DNA of 54,635 bases from an uncultured delta proteobacterium (GCA_963733195.1 CAVTCR010000042.1:1-54635), one strand, 5' to 3'; positions 1 through 11,499 are shown, counted from the stretch's first letter. The notes: a model not told the origin generated them from the letters alone. Numbers and translations: made by a program.

Positions 1-1109
1 ACGCGGGCAGGAATTGCGCTTTTTCAAAACGCTGAAAGTGTAAGGTTAACAGGGAGTCAAAGCAGCACGATGGGTGGTAGGAGTTTGCGCGAAGCACTGA
101 ACAATGGCGGTTTTGAACGCGGCGAAGTCCGCGTAATAGGTGGAGTACAGACACTGCTTTTTGACGAACTTCCACAGCCGCTCAATCAGGTTGAGGTTGG
201 GGGAATAGGGAGGCAAGAAAACACAACTCAATCTGTAAGCTGGCGGCGAGGGTCACGACCTGCGCACAGCGCTGATAGCGGGCATTGTCCAGGACCACCG
301 TGAGGGGGACGCCGAGGTTGAGCGCCGCGAGTTGGCGCAAGAGGGTACAGACCTCGGTGGCAGTAATGTAGGTGTCGTTGGTGACGGTGACGAGTTCATG
401 GGTAATCGCGTTGAGCGCGCCCAGGACGTTGAAGCGTTGACGGCCCGCTGGCGCGCGCAGGAAGATCCGTGTCAGGGACCAGAGAAACCCCAGGAAGGGA
501 GCTAACACAAAGTGCGCGGCATCGACAAAGAAGACAGCGCGCTGCCCCGCCCGGGCCTGGGCTAAGCGCGGCTCTAACTCCTCCACCAGATAGCGCGCTT
601 GCGCGTCGGGGTCGGCTTTGGCGGGGAGCATCCCGACGCGGCGGCAGCGGAGATGGAGTTTTTTTTAAGAAACTCCCGCACCTGGGTCTCACTGCGCTTG
701 ATGCCCGTCAGCGCTTCGATCTTGTTTGCGCTTCTTTGATCGTCGCTGGCGGATGGGCGCGAAAGTAGGCTTCCAAGGATGGCGTAGTGTTCCTGGAGCG
801 CACTCTCCGGTCCCTGGATCGCCACCTCTTTGAGCCGCTCCACTCCCCCCTCAAGATAGAGTTGGAAGTAGTCGCGCAGCGTGTTCTCCGTGATGTTCAC
901 CAATTGCGCAATCTGCCCATGCGGCAACCCATGACTCTTCAACCACAACGCCTCCATCCGCCGCTGGACCAACGGCATCGGATGGCGATACCGCTCATAG
1001 TTCAGCGCTTCAAATCTCGGGGGTAAACTCCAGTTGCATCGTCATGCCTACCGCTTACCAGATGCAAACGCCCTGTCTCTAAAACCGCAATTCCTCCCCG
1101 TGGACAGTA
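1..1109 (-). mobile_element. IS630-family insertion sequence (left end cut by window edge)
   Basis: Imperfect terminal inverted repeats: acgcgggcaggaattgcgctttt (1-24) versus the reverse complement of aaaaccgcaattcctccccgt (1081-1101). Ends in TATA, consistent with a TA target site. Encloses an IS630 transposase. Confidence 0.85.
46..1045 (-). CDS. IS630-family transposase (split over ORFs 574-978, 182-631, 46-231)
   Basis: N-terminal HTH (RRMEALWLKSHGLPHGQIAQL) and DDE motifs FVDAAHF, VVLDNARY, LPPYSPNLNLIERLW. An A8 run at ~659-666 sits at the junction between the HTH and DDE frames. Confidence 0.9.
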
Positions 1110-1707
1110 TATCTTGGTGGGCGTGGTCGTTGCGTCAGTCATTGGTTTCCTCGGCAATGAGGCTGTGGCGATCTTGCGTATAAAGGTTGGCAAGGAAATC
1201 GGCAGCGCTGCCCTCATTGCCGATGGCTATCACGCCCGTGTCGATGGCTTAACCAGCTTGGCAGTGCTTTTCGGTGCCGGGGGCGTGTGGTTGGGCTATC
1301 CTCTCGGGGGATCCCTTATTGGCCTGCTCATTACGGTGGCCATCCTCCGCATTGTTTGGGAATCTGGGAAGGCTATCTTCACCCGCCTCCTTGACGGGGT
1401 AGAGCCAGAAGTGATTGATGAAATAAAGCAGGCAGTCACTCACCTCCCAGGAGTTCGCGACGTTACGGAAGTGCGAGTCAGATGGTTGGGCCATCCGGCT
1501 ACATGCAGAAGTCAATGTTGCCGTGGACGCGGGGTTCTCTGTGCAGGAGGGACATGAGATGCGAAGGAGGCTCGCCACCAGCTCCTCCATTACGTGAGTT
1601 ACCTGTCCGATGCGATAATCCACGTTGATCCTGCCAACGCTCCAGGTGAGGAACATCACCACATTGCTGAGCATGAACATGATGGCTTACCTGCCCACTC
1701 GCATTAA
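1110..1707 (+). pseudogene. 3' part of a cation diffusion facilitator (CDF) transporter, interrupted by IS630
   Basis: SAALIADGYHARVD motif, C-terminal cytosolic domain (VRVRWLGH...IIHVDP) and His-rich tail EEHHHIAEHEHDGLPAHSH, with stop at 1705-1707. The frame begins directly at the IS end. Confidence 0.85.
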
Positions 1708-1767
1708 AAAATAAGGAAAACCTGCTCGGTAATACCTAAAGATATTTCTGTTCTCGAACTGGAAACG

Positions 1768-2083
1768 CTACGCCTCGACCAAGATCAGGCGCAGCGTGAC
1801 CTTTTCGAAAGGGAAATGGAACGGATCGAGAAAAAACAATAGCTCCGCGTGCTTCTTGGTTTCGGAGAAAACACGCCTGTCGTTGTGAGCGGAAATCTTC
1901 TCGCACCGCTCCCTAGACAGCGGTGAAAAGCCGTTGTTTCCTCCGCTGCAAAACCTGGAAGCGTGCGCGTTAGCGCATCGTCCAGATATGCAAGCCGCCC
2001 GATTCGTCTTTGAAGGACGGGAGGCAGAACTTCGCCTTTCAGTGCGTAATCGCAGCGCAGTAAGCAAGACAGAGCGACATCAT
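1768..2083 (-). CDS. possible small hypothetical protein (frameshifted)
   Basis: ATG 2 bp after the CoA-transferase stop. Protein-like segments in two frames, no recognisable motif. Confidence 0.25.
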
Positions 2084-2085
2084 GC

Positions 2086-3312
2086 CTACCGATCTCCCGC
2101 AAACAGGATCGCTTGTCTGCGTAATTCCGCTACTTGCTCCGCCGTGTACCCTAAGTAAGCACTGAGCACTTCGGCGTTATGCTCGCCTAAAAGTGGCGCT
2201 TGAATATCGGGAAGCTCAGGGAACTCCGAATACTTGAGGGGGAAGCCGGGAATCGTGAGCTCGCCGAGAATTGGGTCTGGCACCGTCCGTACCATGTCGC
2301 GGGATTTGAAATACGGATGTGCCAACGAGTCGACGATCGACATCACGGGAGCGCAGGCGATACGGTACTCGTCCATCGCTTTCAGTGCCGCTTCATCGGA
2401 CGGAAATGATTGCAGCCATGCTTCAATCATCTGGATAAGCTCCCCCTGGTTCTTGCCGCGATCAACTCCGGTGATAAAGCGCGGGTCCGTGACCAATTCT
2501 GGCTTCCCCATCGCCCGACACAGACTCTCCCATTGGCGATCAAGTACCAAAATTACAATCCATCCTTGTGGTCCTTTGAATGCTCCTACGGGGCAGATGA
2601 GGGGGTGGTGGGAACCTGTGCGCTTGGGCACGTACGCACCGCCGCTCATCGTATGCGCCTGCACGTTCACTTCGTGCATGTGATACAGCGCATCCACCAT
2701 TGCCAGATCAATATGCTGCCCTACGCCGGTTTTTTCGCGGTAATACAATGCATAACCCAACGCGGCAAAGGCATGCACCCCGCTGCCCACATCGGCAATC
2801 CCTAACCCAACAAATTGCGGTGGACCGTCAGCCTCACCAGTCATATGCATGATGCCTGAGAAGGCCTGGGCAATCAGATCGTAGCCCACTTTATGTGACA
2901 GTGGACTTTTACGACCAAAGGCAGAGATCGACACCATGATGATTTTTGGATTGATTTGCTTGAGCGACGCGTAGTCGAGTCCACGCTTCTCCATCACGCC
3001 AGGGCCGAAGTTTTCGACCACGACATCAACCGTCTTCACCAACGCACGGATCACCTCGAGCGCTTCTGGTTTATTGAAATCAATGCACAAGCTTTTCTTG
3101 CCGCGATTTTGCTGCACGAAATAGGCACTGCGACCATCTTTGAGAAACGGCAGCAATCGCGACGGGTCGCCTCCCGGCCCGGGCTCAACTTTAATAATAT
3201 TGGCGCCCATTTCCGCCATCAGCCGTGTCACTGTTGGTCCAGCCAGATACTGAGTGAAATCAAGCACCTTACAATCTGCGAGCATACGTGGGTGAGTGGT
3301 TCCCTTGTCCAT
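2086..3312 (-). CDS. CaiB/BaiF family III CoA-transferase
   Basis: Motifs VLDFTQYLAGP, NRGKKS, VVVENFGPG, GYDLIAQA, APLLGEHN. RBS AAGGGG before the ATG at 3312. Confidence 0.93.
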   Translation of the reverse strand: MDKGTTHPRMLADCKVLDFTQYLAGPTVTRLMAEMGANIIKVEPGPGGDPSRLLPFLKDGRSAYFVQQNRGKKSLCIDFNKPEALEVIRALVKTVDVVVENFGPGVMEKRGLDYASLKQINPKIIMVSISAFGRKSPLSHKVGYDLIAQAFSGIMHMTGEADGPPQFVGLGIADVGSGVHAFAALGYALYYREKTGVGQHIDLAMVDALYHMHEVNVQAHTMSGGAYVPKRTGSHHPLICPVGAFKGPQGWIVILVLDRQWESLCRAMGKPELVTDPRFITGVDRGKNQGELIQMIEAWLQSFPSDEAALKAMDEYRIACAPVMSIVDSLAHPYFKSRDMVRTVPDPILGELTIPGFPLKYSEFPELPDIQAPLLGEHNAEVLSAYLGYTAEQVAELRRQAILFAGDR

Positions 3313-3554
3313 AACAGTCCCCTTACTTGTCAGAGCATTGCACGCCACGTGGTGTAGCATCGTAATTTGAGAAAAGCGAGCAGTAAAGCACCTTCGACAC
3401 TTGTCACAATGCTTATTCTCAGCTTCCTTACCTTTATCGTATTCCCGCACGCAGACATGGCTTCCCGGATATCCATCACGTTTTGGGGTTTATGAGAGGG
3501 CCGAATTGTGGAGCCATTATGATCAGGCATTAAGAACAGTGTCAAATTTTGTTG

Positions 3555-3576
3555 TCTGTCAACTTTTGTTGACAGA
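3555..3576. promoter_or_regulatory. perfect palindrome in a divergent intergenic region (possible operator)
   Basis: TCTGTCAAC-TTTT-GTTGACAGA between the divergent CaiB and GMC operons. Confidence 0.35.
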
Positions 3577-3924
3577 ATGAGGTAACCTATTCCTTCAAAA
3601 GAAATTTTTCATCTTACAAACGCGCCTCATCAACGAAATTTTCCAGACCTGCCCGTACTCGCGCTCTGAGCGCGAATGTATATGCGTAATACAGTTGATC
3701 TTTTTAATTTCACCTAAACGGCATTATTTTCGTCACTATAGAGGATAAACGAGGCATGACCTTCTTCACTATTATAGTGTCAATAACACACTGATTGTGA
3801 TTAGCAATACTGGACGCCCATTGTCACGATGGGGCTTGGGGGATTGCCCTGCCTGCTATCCTCGGGAGAAGTGAAATCCTTGGTGTCGGGCAAGTCAAAC
3901 CATCAACTTCAAGGGGGACTATCT

Positions 3925-4379
3925 ATGAATCTCGACGAATTCCTCGAACTCTCTGCGGTGTTGACGGGCGTCAGCGCGAAAGAACTTCCGGCAGACGCGA
4001 AGCAGCAAACCACGGACGGCAAGCCGACAACACTTGGTCAAATCCACCTGGATCGGCTTGCAAGCCTCTTACCCTGTTGAACTCGAGCGCATTGGCAACG
4101 GCATGGCAGGAAGCAAAGCCCACGGCAGATCCAACCGGCGGAATTGCGCAAACGGCTGGCTCGTCCCGAGGCGGCCAGCCTTGCGCAAGGCTGCGCGGCA
4201 GGTCATCAAAATCTGGTATCGCACTGTTATTGATGACCCTCAGGACGCCACGCGGAAGAATGAGCTCGGCGGGGACATTGGGCAGCATCAACGTAGTATC
4301 GTGTGGGGCTCTCATCAAGGCCCAGGTGCAGGGCTACTCCAATCGCCAACATGGATACTGGGTGTCCAAACCAGAGTAG
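3925..4379 (+). CDS. FAD-dependent sugar/sorbitol dehydrogenase small-subunit-like protein (frameshifted)
   Basis: MNLDEFLELSAVLTG start with RBS, ARQVIKIWY and a C-terminal GYWVSKP, resembling FAD-SLDH small subunits. Lies directly upstream of a GMC gene. Confidence 0.65.
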
Positions 4380-4419
4380 CAAGAACAATCACTTTAACCT
4401 TGTCGGAGGTTTATAGCCT

Positions 4420-6115
4420 ATGGAATCGAAATCACCTGAATACGACGTTGTGATCATCGGCTCTGGCGTGGCGGGTGCGATTTGTGCAAGCCGCCTCGCT
4501 GACACGAAAGCGCGTATCTTGATCCTTGAAGCAGGGGACAATGGCTTAGGGGGCTTCCAGCGGGAACAATTTCACCGCGTATGGGAGGTTGCGCCGAACA
4601 AATCGTGGAAAACCCCCTATCTAGAATCACCCAACAGGAACTATTATCCCAGCCCTGGCAACAACGATGTCAGTACTTTGACCAGAAGGACACGAGTACG
4701 AACGGAACCGGCCTCTTCAAAGGGTACTACCAGCGGATGCTGGGAGGCACGACGTGGGCGTGGCGTGGCAACACACCACGGATGATTCCTAACGATTTCC
4801 GGCTGAAGAGCGTGTACGGCCTCACTGACGTTCCCGACTGGCCGATTTCCTACGACGATCTCGAACATTGGTATTGCGACGCGGAGGACGAGTTGGGGGT
4901 CTCAGGTGATGACGAAGAATGGAACGGAATGCTCGGGGCCATTCTCAGCCGCCGTTTCCAGCCTGAGATTGTGAAAAGCTTCAGTGATCAGTTGCAACAC
5001 GGCCTCGACCACGCCATTGTACCGCATGATCACAGCCATACATCCGAGGCTATCAGACTCCGCAGGCGAAGAAATTGCGCCCTAGAGGAGCGGCCCGCCT
5101 CGAGGGGAACAACAACTGTATTCCGCTGTGCCCGATAGGTGCAAAATACGATGCGAGCATTCACCTCAGGCGCGCTTTACAACAAGGAGTGAAACTGCGT
5201 TCTGGCTGTGTGGTTTTCAAACTCGAGGCTCGATTCGCAGTCCGGACTCATCACTAAGGTCCTCTTCAAAGACTGAAAGTCGACGCAGCTAAAGCAGGCT
5301 CGTGAAGTTACAGCCCGTTTCGTCATCCTCGCCGCAAACGCCATCGAAAGCCCAAAGATCCTTCTCGTGTCCTACCTGGCCAGAAGAGCGATCAGGTCGG
5401 CCGTAATCTGATGGACACATCCTGGGCGAAGGATCCATTCATTTCCAAACCGATCAAACCCATCCGCGGACAAAGCATTACTGGAATCGAAGTCTTCCGG
5501 GACGGACCGTTTCGCTCTAAGCATGGCGCTTTTCGTATGACACTTGGCAATGATGGCTGGGGCCGCGCCGGTAACGCCACCACAGTATTGAATGAATTGC
5601 TTAACGACAGCGACCCAAACGAAGTTCTACTTTGGAGAGGATCTGAAGAAGCGGAACTCGTCGAAAAGGCGACTTCCTTGGTTCGATTCGGATTCTCCAC
5701 CGAGCAGCTACCCTACTCGACTAACCGTGTGTGTCTTTCCACGCAAGTCGACGAGTCTCGATATTCAGCGGCCGAAAATCGAATACTCGGTTGATAAACA
5801 ATACACCGTTAAAGCCCTCGAGACCGCGCACGCACGTTGCCACAGAGACTATTCGACGAAGATGGGAGCAACAGTAGACGAGAAACCATTCGCGGCTGTG
5901 GAAAGATGGGAAGTTGCAGTGGAATACAGCGGCCCACCCCATGGGGACATGCCGCATGGGGACGAGCGTCGACGAACTCAGTGGTAGACTCGTTCGGACG
6001 TTGCCATGAACATCAGAACCTTTTCGTCGTTGGCAGCAGCGTCTTTCCCGACCGGTGCCACGGCAAATCCGACTCTGACGATTGCTGGGCTCGCGTTGAC
6101 GCGCAGCGTGCGTAG
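4420..6115 (+). CDS. GMC family oxidoreductase (multiple frameshifts)
   Basis: YDVVIIGSGVAG FAD motif, LGGTTWAWRG, WPISYDDLEHWYCDAE, GNNNCIPLCPIGAKY, GRNLMD, and SVVDSFGRCHEHQNLFVVGSSVFP across several frames. Confidence 0.88.
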
Positions 6116-6149
6116 CGTCCTCTAATCGTGAACGGCCAAGCTAACCAGG

Positions 6150-7068
6150 ATACATAACGAGTTATCTACTCAACGATGAATCCGTAGCCTTTGAGGACAA
6201 CCAGACGGCGATTCCATTCGCTTTCGCCCGAAGAACCCAGACCTGCTCAAGGGCTTCCCGCAGGGTGACGCCAAGATTACCGCAAGCGGTCCAACCAAAG
6301 GTACCACTCAGCTTCGTGTGGAAGGAGTAGATGCGTTAGAATTGCACTACTTGACTCCAGCTGACCATTCAGGAGATTAAGGCTGCCCGCCGCGCCCGCA
6401 GCGTTCTCGACTTTTTGATTTGCTCGGCTTCCAAGACATACAGTTTAATGCCAATGAAACCGCCACTTCTTCGGTGCCGCCAGCGATTCAGGGATACATT
6501 CTCACCCGCGATTTGGATAATCAACAAAACCGACGGCCGGTATCGTTCTTATTTACTGGATCGACCGGGCGCGCGGACGGAGCAAATGTGTTTGTCACTC
6601 CAGCTATGCTTCCTGACAGCGTGAACGCAAGACTGCTTGCGGCAGGCGAGGCCTACCCGCTTTACTACAACAATCTTCCCGCCGTTTTGCGCGACTTCCT
6701 CACAAGTCTTTTCGCTCAAGCCCGTGCGATGATCAAGGTTTATGGCACGCTGATGAATCACTCAAAGGGATCAAGGCAACTTCGAAAGACGACTTGAAGA
6801 AGCATGTCTTCTTCCCCAAGCTCTATCGCCGCCTCAAGGACTACTTCGAAAAAACGGAGGCGACGTCCCTGAATGGTTTTGACTCTTGGGTTCGCTCCGA
6901 CCAGCGAATCGGGATGACGCGGTGTGGATTAACTCCCTTCGCGAATTGCGCCACTTGCACAGCACGTACAAAGTGTCCGGCAACAGGATTAAGATGCTCT
7001 ATCAGCCGGACGACTTAGTATTCTTAAGCAAAGGCTCCATGTTTACACCGCTCACTCCATTCCCATGA
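6150..7068 (+). CDS. thermonuclease/SNase-like nuclease (frameshifted, start uncertain)
   Basis: QPDGDSIRF at ~6200, QLRVEGVDALELHY, SVNARLLAAGEAYPLYY, FFPKLYRRL, and C-terminal QPDDLVF. Confidence 0.7.
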
Positions 7069-7089
7069 AGCAATTCTCTTGTGGCAGAG

Positions 7090-7195
7090 CAAAACGGGGA
7101 AAAGGCGAAAAAGAACAAGCTATGAATAGTGTTTCCTTCTCTCTCCTTCCCTCCTTTTACCCGTTTCCCCATTTCTCCCTTTCCTCTTTTCTGTA
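7090..7195. repeat. purine-block/pyrimidine-block ~8-bp periodic imperfect inverted repeat between convergent genes
   Basis: aaaacggggaaaaggcgaaaaag...ccttttacccgtttccccatttctcccttt. The same family recurs at 10020-10150, 31120-31250 and 46270-46330. Confidence 0.6.
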
Positions 7196-8596
7196 TTAGA
7201 GCGTCGGCCTCCGCGTATGCCACTCCGTTGCCTGCTCGTAGGCGTAGCCTGCCTGCATGACGAGACCTTCTTCATCATGGCGTCCGATCAATTGTAAGCT
7301 CATCGGCAACCCTTCTGTACTGAAACCGCAGGGAACCGAAATGGTGGGACTGCCAGTGAGGTCGAACGGCGCAGTGTGCCGAAGCAGCCCCAAGCTCGCT
7401 TCGCGTGAGAGCGGAGCGTCAGGACGAAAGTCTTTGACTAACATCGGTGGCATTGGCATAGAGGGGCAGAGGAAGAGGTCGACTTTCTGCAGGATGTCAT
7501 CCAACATACGACAAACTGCCTGTCGTTTTACGTGTGCTTGCACGTACTCGGCCCCTTTCACCTTTACCCCTTCTTCGAGAAATGAACGGAAGGTTGGGCC
7601 GTAGTCATTGGCACGTGCCGGGTAGAATTGTTCATGGGCAGCGGCAGTTTCTGCCGCGCAGATCGTAAACCAGAAGGGATCATCGCCCACCGGGAACTTC
7701 ACTTCGTGAATACTCGCTCCTAGTTCTTGAAAAATTTTGGTTGTCGCTAGGACCGACGCATTGACCTGCGGATCGACTCCTTTCGCACAATAGTCGGCAT
7801 CGACTCCGATACGAATGCCTTTGACCCCGTTGCGTAGCATGTCAAGGTAATCACGAACGGTAACACGCCGCGTGGTCGGGTCTTTCGGATCGAAGCCCGC
7901 AATCGCACGCAACATGATAGCGGCATCAGAGACACTACGTGTCATAGGGCCAATGTGATCCAATGATTCCCCGAGCGGGAACACCCCATAACGACTCACC
8001 TTGCCATAGGTCGGCTTGACCCCAACAATGCCACAGGCTGCCGACGGAAAACGAATCGAACCCCCGGTATCCGATCCCAACGAGCCGAAGCAGAGCGAGG
8101 CAGCCGTAGCTACCCCTGAACCGCTCGATGAGGCCCCTGGCCAGCGATCAGCATTCCACGGATTCACCGGTGGATGAATTGACGGATGGTAGCCGGCAAG
8201 AGCGAATTCCGTCATTCCCAATTTCCCGAGCAGCACAGCTCCGGCAGAATTCAGTTTATCAACTACCGTCGCATTGTGATCGGGTATCCAGTTGGAGAGA
8301 ATCTTCGATGCACAGGTTGTGCGAATGCCTTTGGTGAAACACAGATCTTTCACAGCAATCGGCATCCCATGCAGGGGTCCACGGTAGACGCCTTTGGCGA
8401 TTTCCTGCTCAGCTTCTTTCGCCTGCCGCAGGGCGAGCTCAGCGGTAATCGTCAAGTAGCTGTACAGCTTGCTCTCATGTATAGCGATGCGATCGAGCAT
8501 TGCCCCCGTAAGCTCGACCGGCGAAACTTCTTTGTTCTTGATCAGTGCCGCAACTTCAGTCAGCGTCTTGGTACAGAGTTCGGCAACGTTGGCCAT
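7196..8596 (-). CDS. amidase signature family protein
   Basis: GPLHGMPIAVKD, PGASSSGSG, GSDTGGSIRFPS. Likely start is MANVAEL at 8596. Confidence 0.93.
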   Translation of the reverse strand: MANVAELCTKTLTEVAALIKNKEVSPVELTGAMLDRIAIHESKLYSYLTITAELALRQAKEAEQEIAKGVYRGPLHGMPIAVKDLCFTKGIRTTCASKILSNWIPDHNATVVDKLNSAGAVLLGKLGMTEFALAGYHPSIHPPVNPWNADRWPGASSSGSGVATAASLCFGSLGSDTGGSIRFPSAACGIVGVKPTYGKVSRYGVFPLGESLDHIGPMTRSVSDAAIMLRAIAGFDPKDPTTRRVTVRDYLDMLRNGVKGIRIGVDADYCAKGVDPQVNASVLATTKIFQELGASIHEVKFPVGDDPFWFTICAAETAAAHEQFYPARANDYGPTFRSFLEEGVKVKGAEYVQAHVKRQAVCRMLDDILQKVDLFLCPSMPMPPMLVKDFRPDAPLSREASLGLLRHTAPFDLTGSPTISVPCGFSTEGLPMSLQLIGRHDEEGLVMQAGYAYEQATEWHTRRPTL

Positions 8597-8715
8597 ACAC
8601 TTCCCCTTCCTTATGCGGCTGATGAATGCGTGAGTAGAACGTAATGCGTGATACGTGAACGAAGTGGGACACACGTACCTCTTTCCTCACTCATTACTTA
8701 TTACTCGTTAGTCTC

Positions 8716-9987
8716 TTAGATGCGCAAAATCGCCCCTTGTTCTTGCAGGGTCTGTTGGAGCTTATCTATATTCAGCTGCTTTGGTGCAACCCCAGTTCGT
8801 ATTGCCAGTGCTGCCGCCGTTCCCGTCGCTTCACCAGTTGCCATGCAAGGTGGAATTTCCTTGGTTGCATGATGCACACGATGATCGACAGAAATACAGC
8901 GTCCGGCCACAAGCAGATTGGAAAATTCTTTCGGCAACAATGAACGATAAGGAATGTAGTACAGTGCCTCGTATTTGGTCCAATGACCAGTAATGGCAAT
9001 TACATCATCGCACGGAGTATCGATGTCATCGCGTCCGACTATATATTCGCCAACCAGACGGCGGCTTTCGGTCACTCCAAGCTGATCAGCGATATGGCAA
9101 AGGTGGGACTTAGCAAAACCAGGCGTTTCCTTACGCAACCGATCAACGACTTCCATCACGCGTTTGCGACATTCAAGTTCGGCATAGGTCAAATCTTCGG
9201 GTTTAGTCGCATCGATTTTGCGGGTGACACGTTCCGCTGCTCCCCAAGGAAGTAACACTTTCCCTTCACCAATAGTATGGAAGAACCAGCCACCAGCTTG
9301 AATCGCAGCCTCGGCATTCTCCACACCGCCCATGGCGAACCACAACCAAGGCAAGACTTCTTCACTTTCATACGCCGCTCCCGCAGAGGTGAAAATGTCG
9401 CCATCTCCACTCGCGTCGATCACCACCTTAGCAAGAATTGCAAAGCGACCAGATTTACTCTGGAAGGCAACGCCTGTGATTTTTCCATCTTCGACAATGG
9501 CATCACACGCATACGAGTGGAGAAGTAACTTGACCTTAGCGTCTTCGACCATGTTGTTCAGCGCGAACTTGAACTCCTCAGGATCATAGGCCACTGAGTA
9601 GCGTACCCGGTGCGGCCCGTGGCCCCAGACCAGACCCCAGCTTTGATCACGCTGGATCAAGGTTTCGTCTGTGCTTCCCCATTCTGACTTCGACGGAAAC
9701 ATTGCCGCGCCGCGCTTTGCCAGGCGGTCCGTCACTTCCTGACACAAGCCACCGATCACTTGCTGGCCACGACCATCATCAAGTGTCAGCAGCAAAATAA
9801 TCAGGCCACCGGTTGCCAACCCACCAAGATAGCCGAGTCGTTCGACCAGCATGACATCGGCACCGTTGCGCGCCGCTGCCACAGCCGCAGATACTCCAGC
9901 CGAACCGCCACCAACAACGAGCACGTCAGTTTCAGCTTTGACCGGAGTGGAACGGGGTCGCTCTTCAATAAACCGCACTTGACTCAT
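8716..9987 (-). CDS. FAD-dependent oxidoreductase
   Basis: DVLVVGGGSAG, LGGLATGG, VIDASGDGD, IPYRSLLP, NLLVAGRCIS, CMATGEATG. Start is MSQVRF at 9987; the ORF extension upstream is repeat DNA. Confidence 0.9.
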   Translation of the reverse strand: MSQVRFIEERPRSTPVKAETDVLVVGGGSAGVSAAVAAARNGADVMLVERLGYLGGLATGGLIILLLTLDDGRGQQVIGGLCQEVTDRLAKRGAAMFPSKSEWGSTDETLIQRDQSWGLVWGHGPHRVRYSVAYDPEEFKFALNNMVEDAKVKLLLHSYACDAIVEDGKITGVAFQSKSGRFAILAKVVIDASGDGDIFTSAGAAYESEEVLPWLWFAMGGVENAEAAIQAGGWFFHTIGEGKVLLPWGAAERVTRKIDATKPEDLTYAELECRKRVMEVVDRLRKETPGFAKSHLCHIADQLGVTESRRLVGEYIVGRDDIDTPCDDVIAITGHWTKYEALYYIPYRSLLPKEFSNLLVAGRCISVDHRVHHATKEIPPCMATGEATGTAAALAIRTGVAPKQLNIDKLQQTLQEQGAILRI

Positions 9988-10155
9988 ATCGCGCTTTTTC
10001 ATTTCTCTCAAATAAACTGGCGAAACGGGCGAATGGGAGAAAGGAAAACGGATAAGGAAACAGAAGGGAAGATACTCCCTTCCTTTCGCCTTTTCCCTTT
10101 TCGCCATTTACCCGATTTCCCCCTTTTCATACCCTTTATTTGCCCATCCCTTCGG

Positions 10156-11269
10156 TTACCACATCTGCCGTAATAACCCGAGCAGTGCTTCCTCCCCACC
10201 TTGCTGTTTGTGCCACATCGCACTTTCTTCAATCACCGCATGCGCGACTGCCGGGAGTTCATTTTCCTTTGCCCCGACATCGCGCAACCGGCGAGGCACA
10301 CCAAACGAATCGATAAATGCTTCTACTGTACGAGCCGCCTCTTCCGCCACATCTTCAAGTTTGCGTCCTTCGGTCTTGATACCAAACGCCTGGGCGATCA
10401 TCGCCTGCTGGTCTAACGTCTGTGGAGCAAGAAACCGCATACAATGGGGAATGGTAATACAAGAAGTGACGCCATGGGGAACGTCCCATCGCGCGCCGAT
10501 CTGGTGACCAAAGATATGACTGAGACGAACACCGACATTGCCTAAGCCAAAAATCGACAGCCACGCAGCGACTTGACATTCGCCACGCGCATCTATGTTC
10601 TTTGGCTCCTTCACTGACAACGGCAAATTGTGCCGGAGTTTGCGAATGGCTTCCATCGCCAATGCGTCAGTCACAGGCTGAGGGTTCACTGACCACAATG
10701 CTTCAATCGCATGATCCAGTGCTTTCATCCCGGTCGATGCCCACAATTGCGTTGGTGTCGCCACAGTTATTTCGGGATCGAGGACGACGATCTTCGGCAC
10801 AATCCGTGGATCAGCACGGACTGATTTGACCCGCGTCTTTTCATCCGTTATTCCAGCAAACGGGGTAAACTCACCAGCAGAGAGGGTCGTCGTGATCGCG
10901 ATCTGCGGAATGGCATCCTGCGGGCGATCGCCTAACAATTCCAAAGCAACGATTTTGGCCGCATCGACCGGACTGCCACCACCAAAGCTAATGATGAGAT
11001 CGGCCCGGGCTTCGCGTGCGCGCGCTGCCGCTTCGCTTATGTTGCTGCTCGGCACATGTTGTTGACAACTGCTGTAGGTACCAACCCATTTATCTTCAAG
11101 CAGAGTTTCGAGCTTGCGGACCAAGTCAGTCTTCGTCGCCAGCGTCTTCCCGGTGAGAATGAACGCCCGCTCTTTGCCTAACCGTTCCATTTCTTTTGGC
11201 ACGCTGGGCGATCGAGCCGGCACCAAAAATGACTTTCTCAAGTTGGGGAAATTTGTATTCGCGAATCAT
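10156..11269 (-). CDS. iron-containing alcohol dehydrogenase family (maleylacetate reductase-like); frameshift near 5' end
   Basis: GGGSPVDAAK, TTLSAGEFT, MKALDHAIE, SHIFGH, VPHGVTS. RBS AAGGAGG and ATG at 11269 (MIREYKFPQLEKVIFG). Confidence 0.9.
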
Positions 11270-11280
11270 GTATCCTCCTT
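11068..11280. repeat. direct repeat A1: ADH 5' end plus RBS, duplicated at 18067-18280
   Basis: Near-identical sequence; the differences are mainly third-codon-position changes. Confidence 0.9.
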
Positions 11281-11292
11281 TACGCGAACTGC

Positions 11293-11499
11293 TCATCGAA
11301 CTCTTTCAGAATACACCGAGAAGATAGAAGAGGCTGTTCTTGGTATTTGATCACCAGGTATGTCTCCTACCTGTAGTTGCTGAATCACCGGTTGAATGTC
11401 AGAGCGAATATGGTGGTACTTCTTGGCCAGTCCTCGCAGGTTACGCTTAAATTCTGGCGTATATTCGACCTGTACGTATTCTCCTGGCTTACTCGGCAT
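11293..11499 (-). pseudogene. RelE/ParE-superfamily toxin, C-terminally truncated
   Basis: YTPEFKRNLRGLAKKYHHIRSDIQPVIQQLQ.GDIPGDQIP. The usual downstream KVR...GKSGGYR segment is missing. Confidence 0.7.

Noticed and set aside
3925-7068. Programmed frameshifting or true pseudogenisation as explanation of the many broken frames
   Set aside because: The indels are scattered, cluster regionally and hit unrelated genes, which is better explained by long-read consensus error. Only the IS slippery sites are plausible programmed shifts.
9988-10107. N-terminal extension of the FAD oxidoreductase ORF
   Set aside because: Translation of the purine/pyrimidine repeat region.
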